Part shown: piece by piece, positions 22,601 to 35,461 of the stretch | How the letters are laid out: each line of letters opens with the position of its first letter | Position numbering within the stretch: the stretch's first letter is position 1 | The notes under the pieces: model-generated | Told to the model about the DNA's origin: nothing | Database searches by the model: none | The model's input: only the letters and a program-made list of their open reading frames with translations | Program-made: the position numbers and the translations under genes | Assembly: GCA_001949185.1 (NCBI GenBank) | Contig: BDGG01000001.1 | Coordinates: 5,447,527-5,511,526, forward strand | From: Ramazzottius varieornatus | Taxonomy: Eukaryota > Animalia > Tardigrada | Length of the DNA stretch: 64,000 nt | Direction of reading: 5' to 3'

Positions 22601-25600
22601 CCCAGTCAACGCCACAAAACAATCTAAAAGCCCCAAACATGGACTGCGGGATGAGAAACCGTGAAGATTATACCCACCCTGAGTTTGCGTCGCTGGTTAA
22701 ACTTCCTCAGTTGTTCGACTGTACCAGGAAGGTGGGCGCGTTTGACGCACTTGTCCTTTTCGCGCAGCCAGGGATGCTGGAGACACTGTTCGGCGGTGAT
22801 GCGCTCACTGGCCTCCACGCATAACATGCGCATTACCAAATGCTTGGCGTAATCGGATATCTGATCCCAGACGGGGCTTCCCATCTGCAATGACAAGTAC
22901 ACATATCAACATACTGTACATCCAAATTGGACTTTCTACGCTATATCGAACGATGATTGCTACTGTGCCACTCTATTTCTACTCAATCATCAAGTGCGGC
23001 TGCAGTCAATAGACGGAGGCATACAGTTCGATACTGTAGTAATCTAAGATGGAGATACATCACATGTCCTTCAATCGATGCGATCCATGAGTAAATGTCC
23101 AGGATTTAACTTCAAGGTATTGACGGCCGACTTGTCGAGGCTTTCACGTTAATGAGCAATGGGTCGAGAAAATGGAGACAGAAAGGAAAGCTGTGCTTGA
23201 TCTACAGCACGCCGGCGACTGTCCAATACATGCAAACCCTTGGCGTCTAGCTAACGGTCTGAACGAACCCTTTATCCTTTTCTACGCGATGTTCTGACCG
23301 TGGAACCACGCAGTGGGACCGTCCTTGAAATGATACAGGAGAAGCTTGTGCAGAGACCTTTGCAGCTTTTGGTTGAACACTACGACTACTGGTCGCCGGG
23401 ACGTTGGGACGTCGTAACAGCGACCTCATCTCCATAATCATATCGATTTTCGCAAATCCGCAGCTCTTTCCTTCCACTCACCCAGTCCAGCAAATTAAAA
23501 GGCGACCAATCGACCTAAATGATCTCTCAAGAAGCAACTCGCTTTCGCCCTCTTCCCCTTAGCTTCTCCAGCTTCTATCCGCTTTCACTCTTGAAATATC
23601 ACAAGAACCAACATGGCCAACAATACTTATGCCTCGATTTCAGACGTCGCTATGATCCCAACCTTCTTAATCTTTCACGGTGGCCAAAATGTTGAAATCG
23701 GAACGAAAGCGCTCACCGAAACCCGGCCACTAGCGATGGCTTCCTGCAGGCGTTCCTTGGTCCCCTGAAATGGCAAGTTGCCCGACAGCATAACGTACAA
23801 GAGTACTCCACAGGACCAGATGTCAGTGGCTGGTCCATACGTCCTGTTTTGCAGCATCTCGGGGCTCATGAAGTGCACCGAGCCAACACGCCCCGTGGCC
23901 TCGTTGGTTAGGATGTCCAGCGGGTTGAGCTCCATGGCATGACCAAACCCACCCAGCTTCACCGGCGCAGAGTTCTCCCGGGTCGCCAGCACTATACAGT
24001 GCGGCTTCTACAAACACAGACAATCAATCAATCGATACCACAAAAGAAGCGGCTCTTGAATTTTCTTACCAGGTCCCGGTGGATGATATTGTTGGTATGG
24101 CAGTAATTCAAGGCATCGATGACTTGGCGCATGTAGTGGCTGGCCACCGCCTCGCTGTAAACGAAACCGGCAGTGGCGCGCTTGACAATCTCGTAACACA
24201 GGTCGGCGCCTTCCATCCTACGAAAGAAACGAACATTCAGCCAAACAGCCTCAAAGCTTTGAGTGGAGTGCTGCCATCTACACTTCCGGTAGCAACACGC
24301 GGTAACCCAGAAAGCTTCCTGGGGCGGTCAATCAATACGAAACTGATTAATGCGACTACTCCCCAAATCATACAGATCCTGAGCCGCGGGGCGAAATTAA
24401 CTTTAACGAAAAAATGACAAATTTCGCTTGATTCTGGCAGCCGAAAAGTACGTACCATTCGAAGACCATGAAGAGTTTGCCATCCCGACTGGCGAAAGTA
24501 TTGAAGAGTTCGACGATGTGCGCATGTTTCAGTTTGATGCATATCGAAGCTTCCCTCTTCAACTCTAAAAACAAAAAATTGTGTGACAGATTTTGGAGAA
24601 AATGGAAGAAGGGGAAGAGAATATTACCGTACCTTCGATGCTGAGATTCGGTGAGGAGGCGTATTGAGCAACATCGACAATCTTCACAGCAAAATTCTGT
24701 CCGGTATCGCGTTTGCAGCAGCGATAAACTTCGCTGTAAGGACCTCTGCAAGACATGATAAGAGGGTGAAATATAATCTCCGTGAATCAAAGTCGTTAAA
24801 ATCAAACGTTACACTATTTATAACGTTCCACAGTATTGAATAACGACACCAAAGCTGCTCCGCTGTGAAACTTTATGACCCTACAGTACACAACATCAAC
24901 GTGATTTTATGGTCGCTTCCGGAAGACATCAAACCGCTGCGCCCCATAAAACCCGCCACGCAATTTTTCCCACACATGCAAAGGGAGAGTAGAGTAGAGC
25001 TTCTTCACGAAAAGGGGAACACCGAACACAGCGCACCTGAAGAATGCCATATTCGTGCAATGAAGCTGCTTAATTCATAATAGCATCAGACAAATTTTGA
25101 TACAGATGCAAAGGGATCATTCCGCATTGTCTCTAGTCGATCCGATCCGTCACGCACTTATCTCCTGAGGGGTGGACCTTCACATGAATGCTGAATGTTG
25201 TTTGGAGGATATCGCATAAAAGGAGGCTACGGATGTTGGGAAGCCACAGTGTCATCAGTTAATACCTTAAGTAGCTCTAGTACGGGCTTCAATAAGTATA
25301 CACGGATGCGGGCTGGATGGGAGAATGTAAGCAGGTTTCGCAGACAGGCACTGAACTGACGACTTAATGGACAAAGATAAAATATGGAGAAATATGATGC
25401 GTCAATGATCAATGATTCTCGCGTGCCAAAGTGTGTAAAATCATCAGCAACTCATCGCACCTGAAATCAATTTCCCACATACACCTCAACTGTTTTCTTT
25501 GACGATTATGCAGGTGACTTCTCACCCACAAAAACCAACGTCATGCCAAAGAGCAATCAAAAGTAATTTGAGACGAAAGTGAACCAACATCACGCAAGTC

Positions 25601-28600
25601 AGCTTCAAGCTTATCAGAGTTATCACAGTGATCTCATCTAAGTGGAAAGATGCTCGAATTTTTCAGCGTCTCTAATGCAAACTCTGATTCAACGCGCATC
25701 ATGCAGAAACGCCCAAAAGATTGAACAGCCGGAAGTTCCATCAAGTTGGAGTTTCCATTTCTTGCCTCGCGGGTAAAGTTACCTTTTAGAGATCGCACTA
25801 TAGTTGTCAGCTACGGAGGTGCTAACGGGGGTGGTGATTATCGTTGGCGGACGTTCTCGGACTCAGGGTGCAATTTGATTTGGAGAGTATCACAGCTGAG
25901 GCTGACAGCCTGCTATTGGAGTGTTAAACTCGTCGTCGATCTGCGCTTTGTGCTCTAGGGTCGCGGGTCTCCGTTACAGCGGAAGCCTTGCTTTGAGAGT
26001 CTAGTCACGGAGCTTGGGGTTCTTCAGAAAGACATGAGACTGTTCGGTGTTGAGCTTCACACTTGACCAATCATTCAGAAGGGATTGGATTAAACGTCTA
26101 GCACTCGATAATCTCCTTCCCTCATCGCAACCGCGCAGCGATCTCCAGGAGCTTCTGCAGTGCCTTCTCGTCCCATGCCTCATCCTCATTGCTCGAATTT
26201 CACTGCTATCCGCAGCGAACCCCGTTACCGTTGTTGAGAAGCAAGTCGTCAAACCAGATGAGCGCAAGGGGGTGCTCGTTTGTAGAAGCTGGAAAATGTT
26301 AACTTAGTGAACTTCAGGAGAATACTCATCATATGGGCCTGATAAAACGCACTATGAATTCCAAACTGAAGGTGTGGGTGTGGTTTAGACTGGGGATTAT
26401 TTTGGGTAGAGCGTTCCAAAGCTACGCAGTGATTCGAGGCGCATCTGCAGGTCTTCTTGGAAAGTACTTTGCGTAAACCATGCTGGTCCGCAAGCTCGTT
26501 CAAGCAGAGAACGCAACAACTGTATAGCGCTGTTCGGTCTAAATAACCAAACAAGGTCCCTGTATTTATATTCCACATGCCGAAGAACAGAGTCCTTCGC
26601 TGACGTTGCAGCAAACTGGAACAAACAGCCGCGCTTAATGCAGGGAAGGAGGGAAGTAACGGTTGATCATGATGGATTGGCTCTGGTAGTACCTTTGTGC
26701 AATTGAATATGTTTGGCATGTGGATAAAAGGAAGGACTTAGTGGCCAGAGAAGGACGCCATGTTGTTGGCTCGGCCGGAAAACGACGCGTAGACACAAGC
26801 GCGACTTCCGCTTCCCTTTCTGTCAGTCCTCTCCACAAATCGATCCTGCTATTCAAATAGCCCAAGTTAGCCTCCTCCCCAATCTTACCTTCTACTACAG
26901 CCATCCTTATCCTTTCTTCGAGCAACAAAGAGAATCCGTACTACAATTGTACCATTTTTTTCCCGTTCTTAACGCGACCATGTTTACGCAAAGCGTGTTT
27001 TGGTACGTTGAGCTCTGAGTGCTAATGTGTTGTTCAGTTAACGAAGTGGATGATTGTGTGGAATTCCGCAAAGGGATCTTCGCGGAGGAAATGCGGGGGG
27101 AATAAAGGGAAAATAGCCGCCAGCGAAATGGCTACTTTGTCCAAATGGAAAATGTCACTCCACTTGTGTAAACTGTATACACACAAGCAGCTCGCAGCAT
27201 CATATTGCTTTCTATTTTAAGCGTTCATCGCTCCGAGGAACACGGAATGTGTAACGATGCAAAGGAAAGCCCCAGAAATGCCGTCGGCAAGGCGAAGAGA
27301 CCAGCAAGGCAACACCGATAGTGCAACCTCACAAAATGGAAAGCCAGAAAGGCGCAAATCACAAATCAAACGGAAAACATTTTATGGTGAAAATCTATCA
27401 AACACCGCATTAACGATATTCTTTCCACACACCTTCGGTTTCTTGGATACGCACAGTCATCGAATGCCGAATGTAGGACAATTGTTTCGGGTTGATATTT
27501 TTCTACGGTTGATATCTACAGTGAAGTGGGAAAGTCGAACTCGGTGAAATAAATTTCGTAGCGTGTGAAGAAAAAGTGGAACGAGAGATTACGGCTATCA
27601 TCCACGGGGAAGTAAAGAGTGGAGAGAATGGTCCCGGGATGACGCAGGGTCTTCGTAGAGGAGCTGAAGAGGAAAGAGACAGCTGTATAAATCACGGCGT
27701 GTTTGTGGAAGGTTTCAGCGCTGTTGGATGTCGTTCATCTTTTTTTGGGCTAATGATTACGACGTTGGCCGTTTGATTTTTCCCCTTTCACTTCCTCCCC
27801 TTCTGTGGGTCCCACAACCTTGTCTCGAACTGAGTTACGGTGGATGGAGGGATCGCTGGCGTTACAGTCCCTGGCGACAAGGACTCGTTCCCGTTTCAAA
27901 CTTGTTTCCGCAATTGAGCTGTGTAGGGAATATCAAGTATCCGCCAGTCAGATTTGATCAGGCCACGTCTGTGACTTAAGCTGGCTGAAGACTTTCCTAA
28001 CTGGCAACACCAAAGCCTCATCATCGATTGGTACAGTGTCAAGACGGAAGACCACGTTGCTTGACTGACTGTTGTAATTTTCAAACTTGACATTCTCCGG
28101 CCGGCGAAGAAACCCACAAAAAGCAACCAGTCCATACACATTTCCCTCAGCTCAGTCGCTGCCGTCCGTTTCTTAGCTTTTCCAGAAAGCTGTGCAGATG
28201 AGCCAGCCGCATGTGTTGTCGCAAGGAGGAAGGAACGGAAGAAGAAAAGCCAAGCCGGGAAGAATAAAAACAAGACAAGAAAACGGGATTAACCCTGCCT
28301 CCTCAACGAGTCTTCGTCTACGCCGTTCAATCCAAAGTTTCTTAACAAGCTGAACAAACACCCATCCAACGTCTTCCTCCGCAAACACATCCATTCATCC
28401 TCAACCTAAATTGTTTTCAGAAAACTCTACACGGCGCACAGACGCCTAGGTACTGGGGAAAAACCTACAAAGCTACAAAGCAGTCTGAAAAATAACAAAC
28501 ACCTGAAACAAGACCACAATGAGATTAAAAGAACTACGCCACAATCCTGTCACTATCGGCAGAGACATACGCATGACGTCAAAGCACCATGAAGCGTGAC

Positions 28601-28866
28601 CATTATGTTAACAGTTTTAGTCAGCTATGTCATGACGTCATACACGTAAAAATACACGGAGTGAGTGACTTGGACGGGGTGAAATGTGAGATTGTTGCAG
28701 CCAGCCTCCGCACTTTGCCTGACAAGCTCTTGATGAGAAAACAGCATCGGCGTCTAATGGCATTTTAAAGAGCAGTGTTGGGTTGGTTCTGTACTTACTT
28801 GCCAAGCGCTTCACCCAGCTCGTAGATGTCTTCAAAGAGCGGAGGTTCCTCTTCGTCCACGTCCAT
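13630..28866 (-). CDS. CASK: Peripheral plasma membrane protein CASK / LIN-2 / camguk (MAGUK: CaMK-like, two L27, PDZ, SH3, HOOK, GuK)
   Basis: About 16 exons from [23 protein letters not shown] (28866) to [13 protein letters not shown] (13630). CASK-specific kinase changes HRDLKPHC and KLGGFG. L27 exons ~22158-21913, 19554-19470, 16486-16340; [28 protein letters not shown]; SH3 [18 protein letters not shown]; Gu[16 protein letters not shown]. Confidence 0.96.
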
Positions 28867-29797
28867 CTGACATCGACTTGACTGTCAACGACTTTTCTCC
28901 TCGCACTCTCTTTTAGTCTTCCGCAAAGTACACACAGTATATTGATTACAGAGAGAATGTTGCCAGCCACTGTAAACGCTGTAATCCAAGTAATTCCAAC
29001 ATGCCGGGAGAAGATAATATCCAGGCATAAGATACACGACTACACGAGAAAGAAGAAATTCCAGAAAAATGAGAAAACGTTATCGATTCATTGTGACGAA
29101 ATCAGGTTTGAATCGGCATAATCAAATAATCGCCAGCAATCAGCGCAATCAGTCACATTGCCTTCTGTCCCGTCGGGTTGATTGAAGCAGCAATGCTTGA
29201 TTGGTGTAATCCAGGTGGACCGGCCACTGGTCAGCCTCGCGGTACGATATACCGCAGCATCAAACCTCTTACCGGATTTGTGGTACCGCCGCCCAGGTGT
29301 AATGATACAGTTTCCTTCTGTGTTGTGAGCGAAACCGCAGGAAAATTGCTGCTGACTGCTGAGGTATCATTACCAGGAATTGGAAACTGGAGCTGGAGGT
29401 CTCTGAATGGCGTGAAGTCTATGAGAGCGATACTTAGCTGGCAAATTCCGGGCAGAAGATTCATCATCTGGTGCCAGGAGAATCAAAGCCATTTTCCTTC
29501 CCCCATTTGGCGGTATCGTCTGTACGTACTGTCCCCGATCTGCAGCTTAGCTTTACGTCGTAAGACGTCTACTGCTCGATGAAGTATTCGATTGGTTGCA
29601 GCTGTTTGTGGGCTGTGACTCCAGAGTCCAGAGAAGTGCGCGACCCGGAAATCTTTTGGGTTTCCCAAATCACGTGGAATATCCAACGACCAAAGTCCAC
29701 CGCCAACCACGCGGCCTTTCCGAATTGTGACATGGGTCGGATAAGTTATAACATAAACAGTGAACTTCGTGAAGCGATTTCCGATCAGACTGAAACT

Positions 29798-29869
29798 TAA
29801 ATCTATCTCTTTATGCTCTCGTTTGGTTTATAGTAAATCTATCTCTTTATGCTCTCGTTTGGTTTATAG
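29798..29869 (+). repeat. Perfect 36-bp tandem duplication upstream of the EBPL start
   Basis: TAAATCTATCTCTTTATGCTCTCGTTTGGTTTATAG occurs twice in direct succession. Confidence 0.9.
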
Positions 29870-29920
29870 TATGAACGCTTGACCCAGAGAAATCGGTGTA
29901 ACGATCTATGCTATAGCAGG

Positions 29921-31002
<1,082 letters not shown>

Positions 31003-31544
31003 CACTGACATTTGTCGCATAAGAAAGCTTTGTTAGAAAAAAATGCTCAAGTGGCGTAACGTGATGACTTCGTAGCCATACTTTTGCTTGACGATCCTCC
31101 AATGATTTCTGAGGGTTCGTTTGTTTGCTGCACAGCATGGTTTCCGGCACTTGTCAGACCGACGCGTGGTCGTCTTTGTATTGACGATTTTTTCGCTGGC
31201 TCACATGCCTTCAATGTCTTGCAAAGTAAGCCTGTTAGTGTTGAGCATATTTCGAATAGTGTAACGATGATTAATGGTAAATTTTCTTGCCACCATTAGC
31301 TCCAACACTGTCCATCTCTAAACGTGCGAAACGGACATACTATGGTGGTAAAACATTAGCGCACCTAGGTTGTTTTACTCTGCTTTCGCGGATCTATATT
31401 CAGCAGTGACCGCTGCCCAACTTTATGATGAATCCATCAAGATATACTCGGTAAACCAGCTGGTCCATGATAGGAAGGTTACGGTGTCGTTTTTTCTGTC
31501 TGCATTCCATCTGGTTGTCTCGTATGCGGATTCTTTCCGGCGCG

Positions 31545-34500
31545 ATGATTAGGTCAACCATTCCCAAACCATTTGGGGTTCTCATCTGGTTGCTCACGAT
31601 ATGGGCAGAGTTCGATTGGATATTCTCCCAAGTCCTTGTTGATCCCTACGCCAGGAGCGAAGTTGTTAATCCCGATGAATTGCTGCTCGTTCAAGTGGTA
31701 AATCTGTCTTGTAAAGTTGAGCACCGTCATTAGCAAAGTTTCAGCAGTCAAAGAGGTCGTGAGAGCACTTGAGAGTTTCCGGTGATACAGTACTGTCGAG
31801 CTATATCACTATAATATTATTCTACCCGTAGGTCCATCGTCATGGCGAGCGCACTGCCATCTACGACATCCCAACAGCCGGTCGGAAACCCCAGACCATT
31901 ACCGACGGATTCCCCAAGGAAGCCATTCTTACACCTCGAGGCATTGCTGACATGTACGGTAAGGTATGCAAAGCTGTCCACTGGTCTGCGTTCGACTTTG
32001 GTCTTCGCGTTCGCCCACACAGTTCTGGCCTTGTTGTAGAGTATGGAAGGTATATGCGACATCGATACCACAAGTTCTTCGACGACGGAAAACCAATATC
32101 CAGCCAACGTATCCGTGTCATCTCTTCTTCGACCGACCGGACGATCACCAGTGCGCAAGCGCTAATGGCAGGCCTGCTGCCACCTGAAGACCGTAGCCGC
32201 ATATGGAACACCTCGCTGGGCAGCCAGTGGATCCCCTTCCCAGTTTATGCACGTCCTTCCGCTCACGATACGCTGTTGCTCAACTTTGGAAACGATTGTC
32301 CGAAATTCAGCGAGCTACGGAAAGATATCGCGAAGATACCTATCGCCAAACAATTCCAAGCTACAATGCCGGTACTCGTAACAGTTTCTTTCTTTTTTTC
32401 CTTAATTGACGCTGGTTTTTCTTAACTGGCGCTTTAGCCGAAATTCTATATTGTTCAGGAGCCAACTTTTTCTGTAGGGGAGTTAAACATATAATCAAAA
32501 AGGCTGATGTAATTTTGTGGAGGGTTGGTTCTAGTCTATGGATCATCAGTGGCAGGCCGAGATTACTTGGAAGGAAGAAAGTTGTTGAAATATGCCCCAG
32601 TAGGGAAGAAAATTCAAAAAGGACTTTTTGCACCATTTCTCTATGTACCGTTTTTCTATTTTTCTCGTACAGCACGTTACCCAGTGCAAAACGCTGGCTG
32701 AATCAGCTGTTTCCGGCTTACCGGAGAAATATAGTCCTTTATAACTCACCGAAAGCCATAATGACATACTATTTTTACAAAGGCGTCTGCCGAACCAATC
32801 GGCCATCCTTCGTTTAGCCAGTGTCCAGCTTAACTTGTGGACGCTAGTAAAACCTTCCTTTCTAGTGCCCAGCGTGTCAACTTCAAACTTTCGCGTTTCT
32901 GGATATTTCCTGAAAGCTCATGTTAAAAAAGGGCCAAAATGTCTCCATGAGCTAAAGCGCCAGTTAAAAAAAACCAGCGTCAGTTGGGAATCGACAGTAA
33001 CTGCTAATCAAAACAAGTTGGGATCTGCTTTCAGGGGTTCGCAGACAGAATGAAAGCTGCGACAGGCTTGAATACTTATGACTTCTTCGACACGAGTACC
33101 ATTATCGAAGATGCCGTCCATTACGCCCAGTCGAACCCAGTCAATGGGAGTGTTGACCAGGGAACTCTCCCTTACTGGTACAACGAATCGATCGGTGAGG
33201 ATCTAAGGAGAATCGCCTATTTCCGGATGCATTTGATAGTGGGTGGAAACGGGGATCGACAGCGAACCAGATTCAAGATCGGGGTCCTTTTGCACGAAAT
33301 ACTAGAGAGAATGAACCTGTCCAAGTCACTTGGCGGAAAGTTGCCACTAAAGATGGTTTTTTATTCCGGGGTACGCAAAGCAACTTAGCTTTTCCAGTAC
33401 AGTAGTCCTACTACTTCACTATGTTGTAGTGGATTTCTGAATTAGGCACATACGTCACAGGCGCGGCTTTAACGTGCGACGTCAACGCCTCGCCGGAATT
33501 TTGGCGGTTTCCAGCCTAGAATCAGTCAATCAGTCATCAAGTTACGGGCGAAGTGCTAACATCACACTTAAAGCCGCACATGAGACATATATTCCTCATT
33601 CTAAATCCTACCTGTGACGTATGCAAAGTGGCAAAGGTTCTACTGTACACGTTCAGTGAGAAATTAGTGAACAGTAGAAATCACAGGACAGACGGAAAGG
33701 ACGGTAAAATGGAAAATCAACCATAGAGAAGTGTCGAAAGTGTATTAGAGTGAATCAGCCGTAAACATACTTTGCTTCCGAGCCGCCCTAGCGAAAAGGC
33801 CTGTCCATACTTTTTACCTGTCCATACCTGTCCAAAACGCCTGTCCATACTTTTTACCAGAGTCAATTGCTTCCACTGTCCCATAATTTCCCGCCGTGCG
33901 TATACTGTAATTCAATTCCAGCATGACGAAAACGTGGCTGGAATTTTGGCGGCGCTCAGTTCGTACAACTACACTATCGAAGGACCCAATATTGGAATAC
34001 CCGACTTCACCGCATCTGTCATCTTTGAGCTATACAAGAACAGCACTGTTCGTCTACTGTTCAAGAACAAGTAAGCGTTCTGCTTAAAATTGGGGCGGAC
34101 TGTTTGACATCAATTGTTATGCTTTCTACAATACAGCCGGTATATTTTTCACAGCCTGTCGGATATGTGGTCGGATCCACTGGTCATAAAGCATCCACAG
34201 TGCCTAATGGAATATTGTCAACTGGGCAAGCTGTACGGTTTGGTAAAGGACGTTCTTACGTCTGAGGACCTGTGGCTCAATGAATGCGGTGCCACGTATG
34301 GTGTGCGAAGAAACGTATCTGAAACCCGTTCAGCAGAAAACGAACTTCCTTCTAAGCTTCAGCTAAACGATGTTCCGCCACATTCTGTGACTCTTCCTGC
34401 TCAAAACGGTACGTCGCCGGTCGGTGCGTTAAGTTAAAATTAATCTTCTCCGAATGTGACAACAGAAACATGATATGATCGTCTTTCTTAATTCACCGCA

Positions 34501-34680
34501 GGAAATGGAGTTGGCATCGGCGATGGACTGGTGATCGGTGGAGGTCTCATAGCAGCTGCCCTGATAACTTCTCCACTCGTAGCCGTATGTATAGCGCGTA
34601 TGAGGCGAAAGACACCGGAAGACAGAGTAACGAACCTCGAACTTTCAAATGGCGACATGCGGAATCGAGCAAATGCCTGA
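31545..34680 (+). CDS. Histidine acid phosphatase (lysosomal/prostatic ACP2/ACPP-like), type I membrane protein; 7 exons
   Basis: Signal peptide-like start, VHRHGERT (31832-), DRTITSA, FYSG|HD catalytic motif and C-terminal TM GLVIGGGLIAAALITSPLVAVCIA. Exons 31545-31697, 31832-31958, 32040-32371, 33035-33370, 33922-34070, 34154-34408, 34502-34680. Confidence 0.88.
32407..32982. mobile_element. MITE in phosphatase intron 3
   Basis: ~33-bp TIR TGACGCTGGTTTTTTCTTAACTGGCGCTTTAGC / GCTAAAGCGCCAGTTAAAAAAAACCAGCGTCA. Confidence 0.75.
33400..33645. mobile_element. Small pogo-like MITE in phosphatase intron 4
   Basis: TA|CAGTAG ... CTACTG|TA ends, plus internal inverted CATACGTCACAGG / CCTGTGACGTATG. 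Confidence 0.45.
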
Positions 34681-35461
34681 GGTCAGGGTCAGTGTTTCTG
34701 GACTAGAAGAGTTCTCTGTATGGTGTCCACGGTTTGGCTTGTGTCTTTTATTGAAGAGTGTATGGGGTCAGGGTCTGGGTTGCTGGTCTATTAGACTGGA
34801 CGATCTTATTCGAAACGGATCTCGAGAAACTAGCCTTCTGCGTGCTGCACGATTATATTCGATTACGACCATATAGTACGAGTCGATGTCGTGACGCTCT
34901 TTTTCAGCCACCTAATGGTATGGGGAAACTCTTTAGGTGGGCTGTTTGGTCTTGGTTTACTGGTAATTTGATCAGCCAAATAAGTTGCGTTTCGGAGAGA
35001 CGATCCGTTCAGTTTCCAAGTGCAATCTTTCATCTGCATTGATAGCTTGTATTAGTCTCTGTCGAGGAGCGAGTCGGAAAGTCTGGTGGAAGTCTGGTGT
35101 GTGCTGCGTAGGAGGAATTGCTTTACGGTAATCCGAAAACTGCGAATCGCCGCTGCGCATGAGTGCCCGGGAAGAAATCTCCACAGAGCAGTCATTGATT
35201 GTTATGCACCTAGATCCAGTAAGTTAAGCCCATCGGCGTAAAGCATTCCCGACCCTTTCGCTCAGCCGTTGCATCTGTTTTGGTCATAGGTTTCCAGGAT
35301 TGAAATTAAATTGTGCAGAAGAGGTAAGTTGGATATACGTCATCACTTTTTCAACCAATGGGAAGAAAAAATGGATTCTTCCGGGTGTCTTGATGCAAGT
35401 CGATAGTAAATGGTTCCTGAAGTGTAGGGAAAAAGCATCGAGCCGATCTGACGGTTAACTA

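Noticed and set aside
16650-28790. Many 60-150 aa ORFs inside CASK introns as nested genes
   Set aside because: They show no recognisable domains or consistent splice structure, and mostly start at non-ATG codons, as expected by chance.
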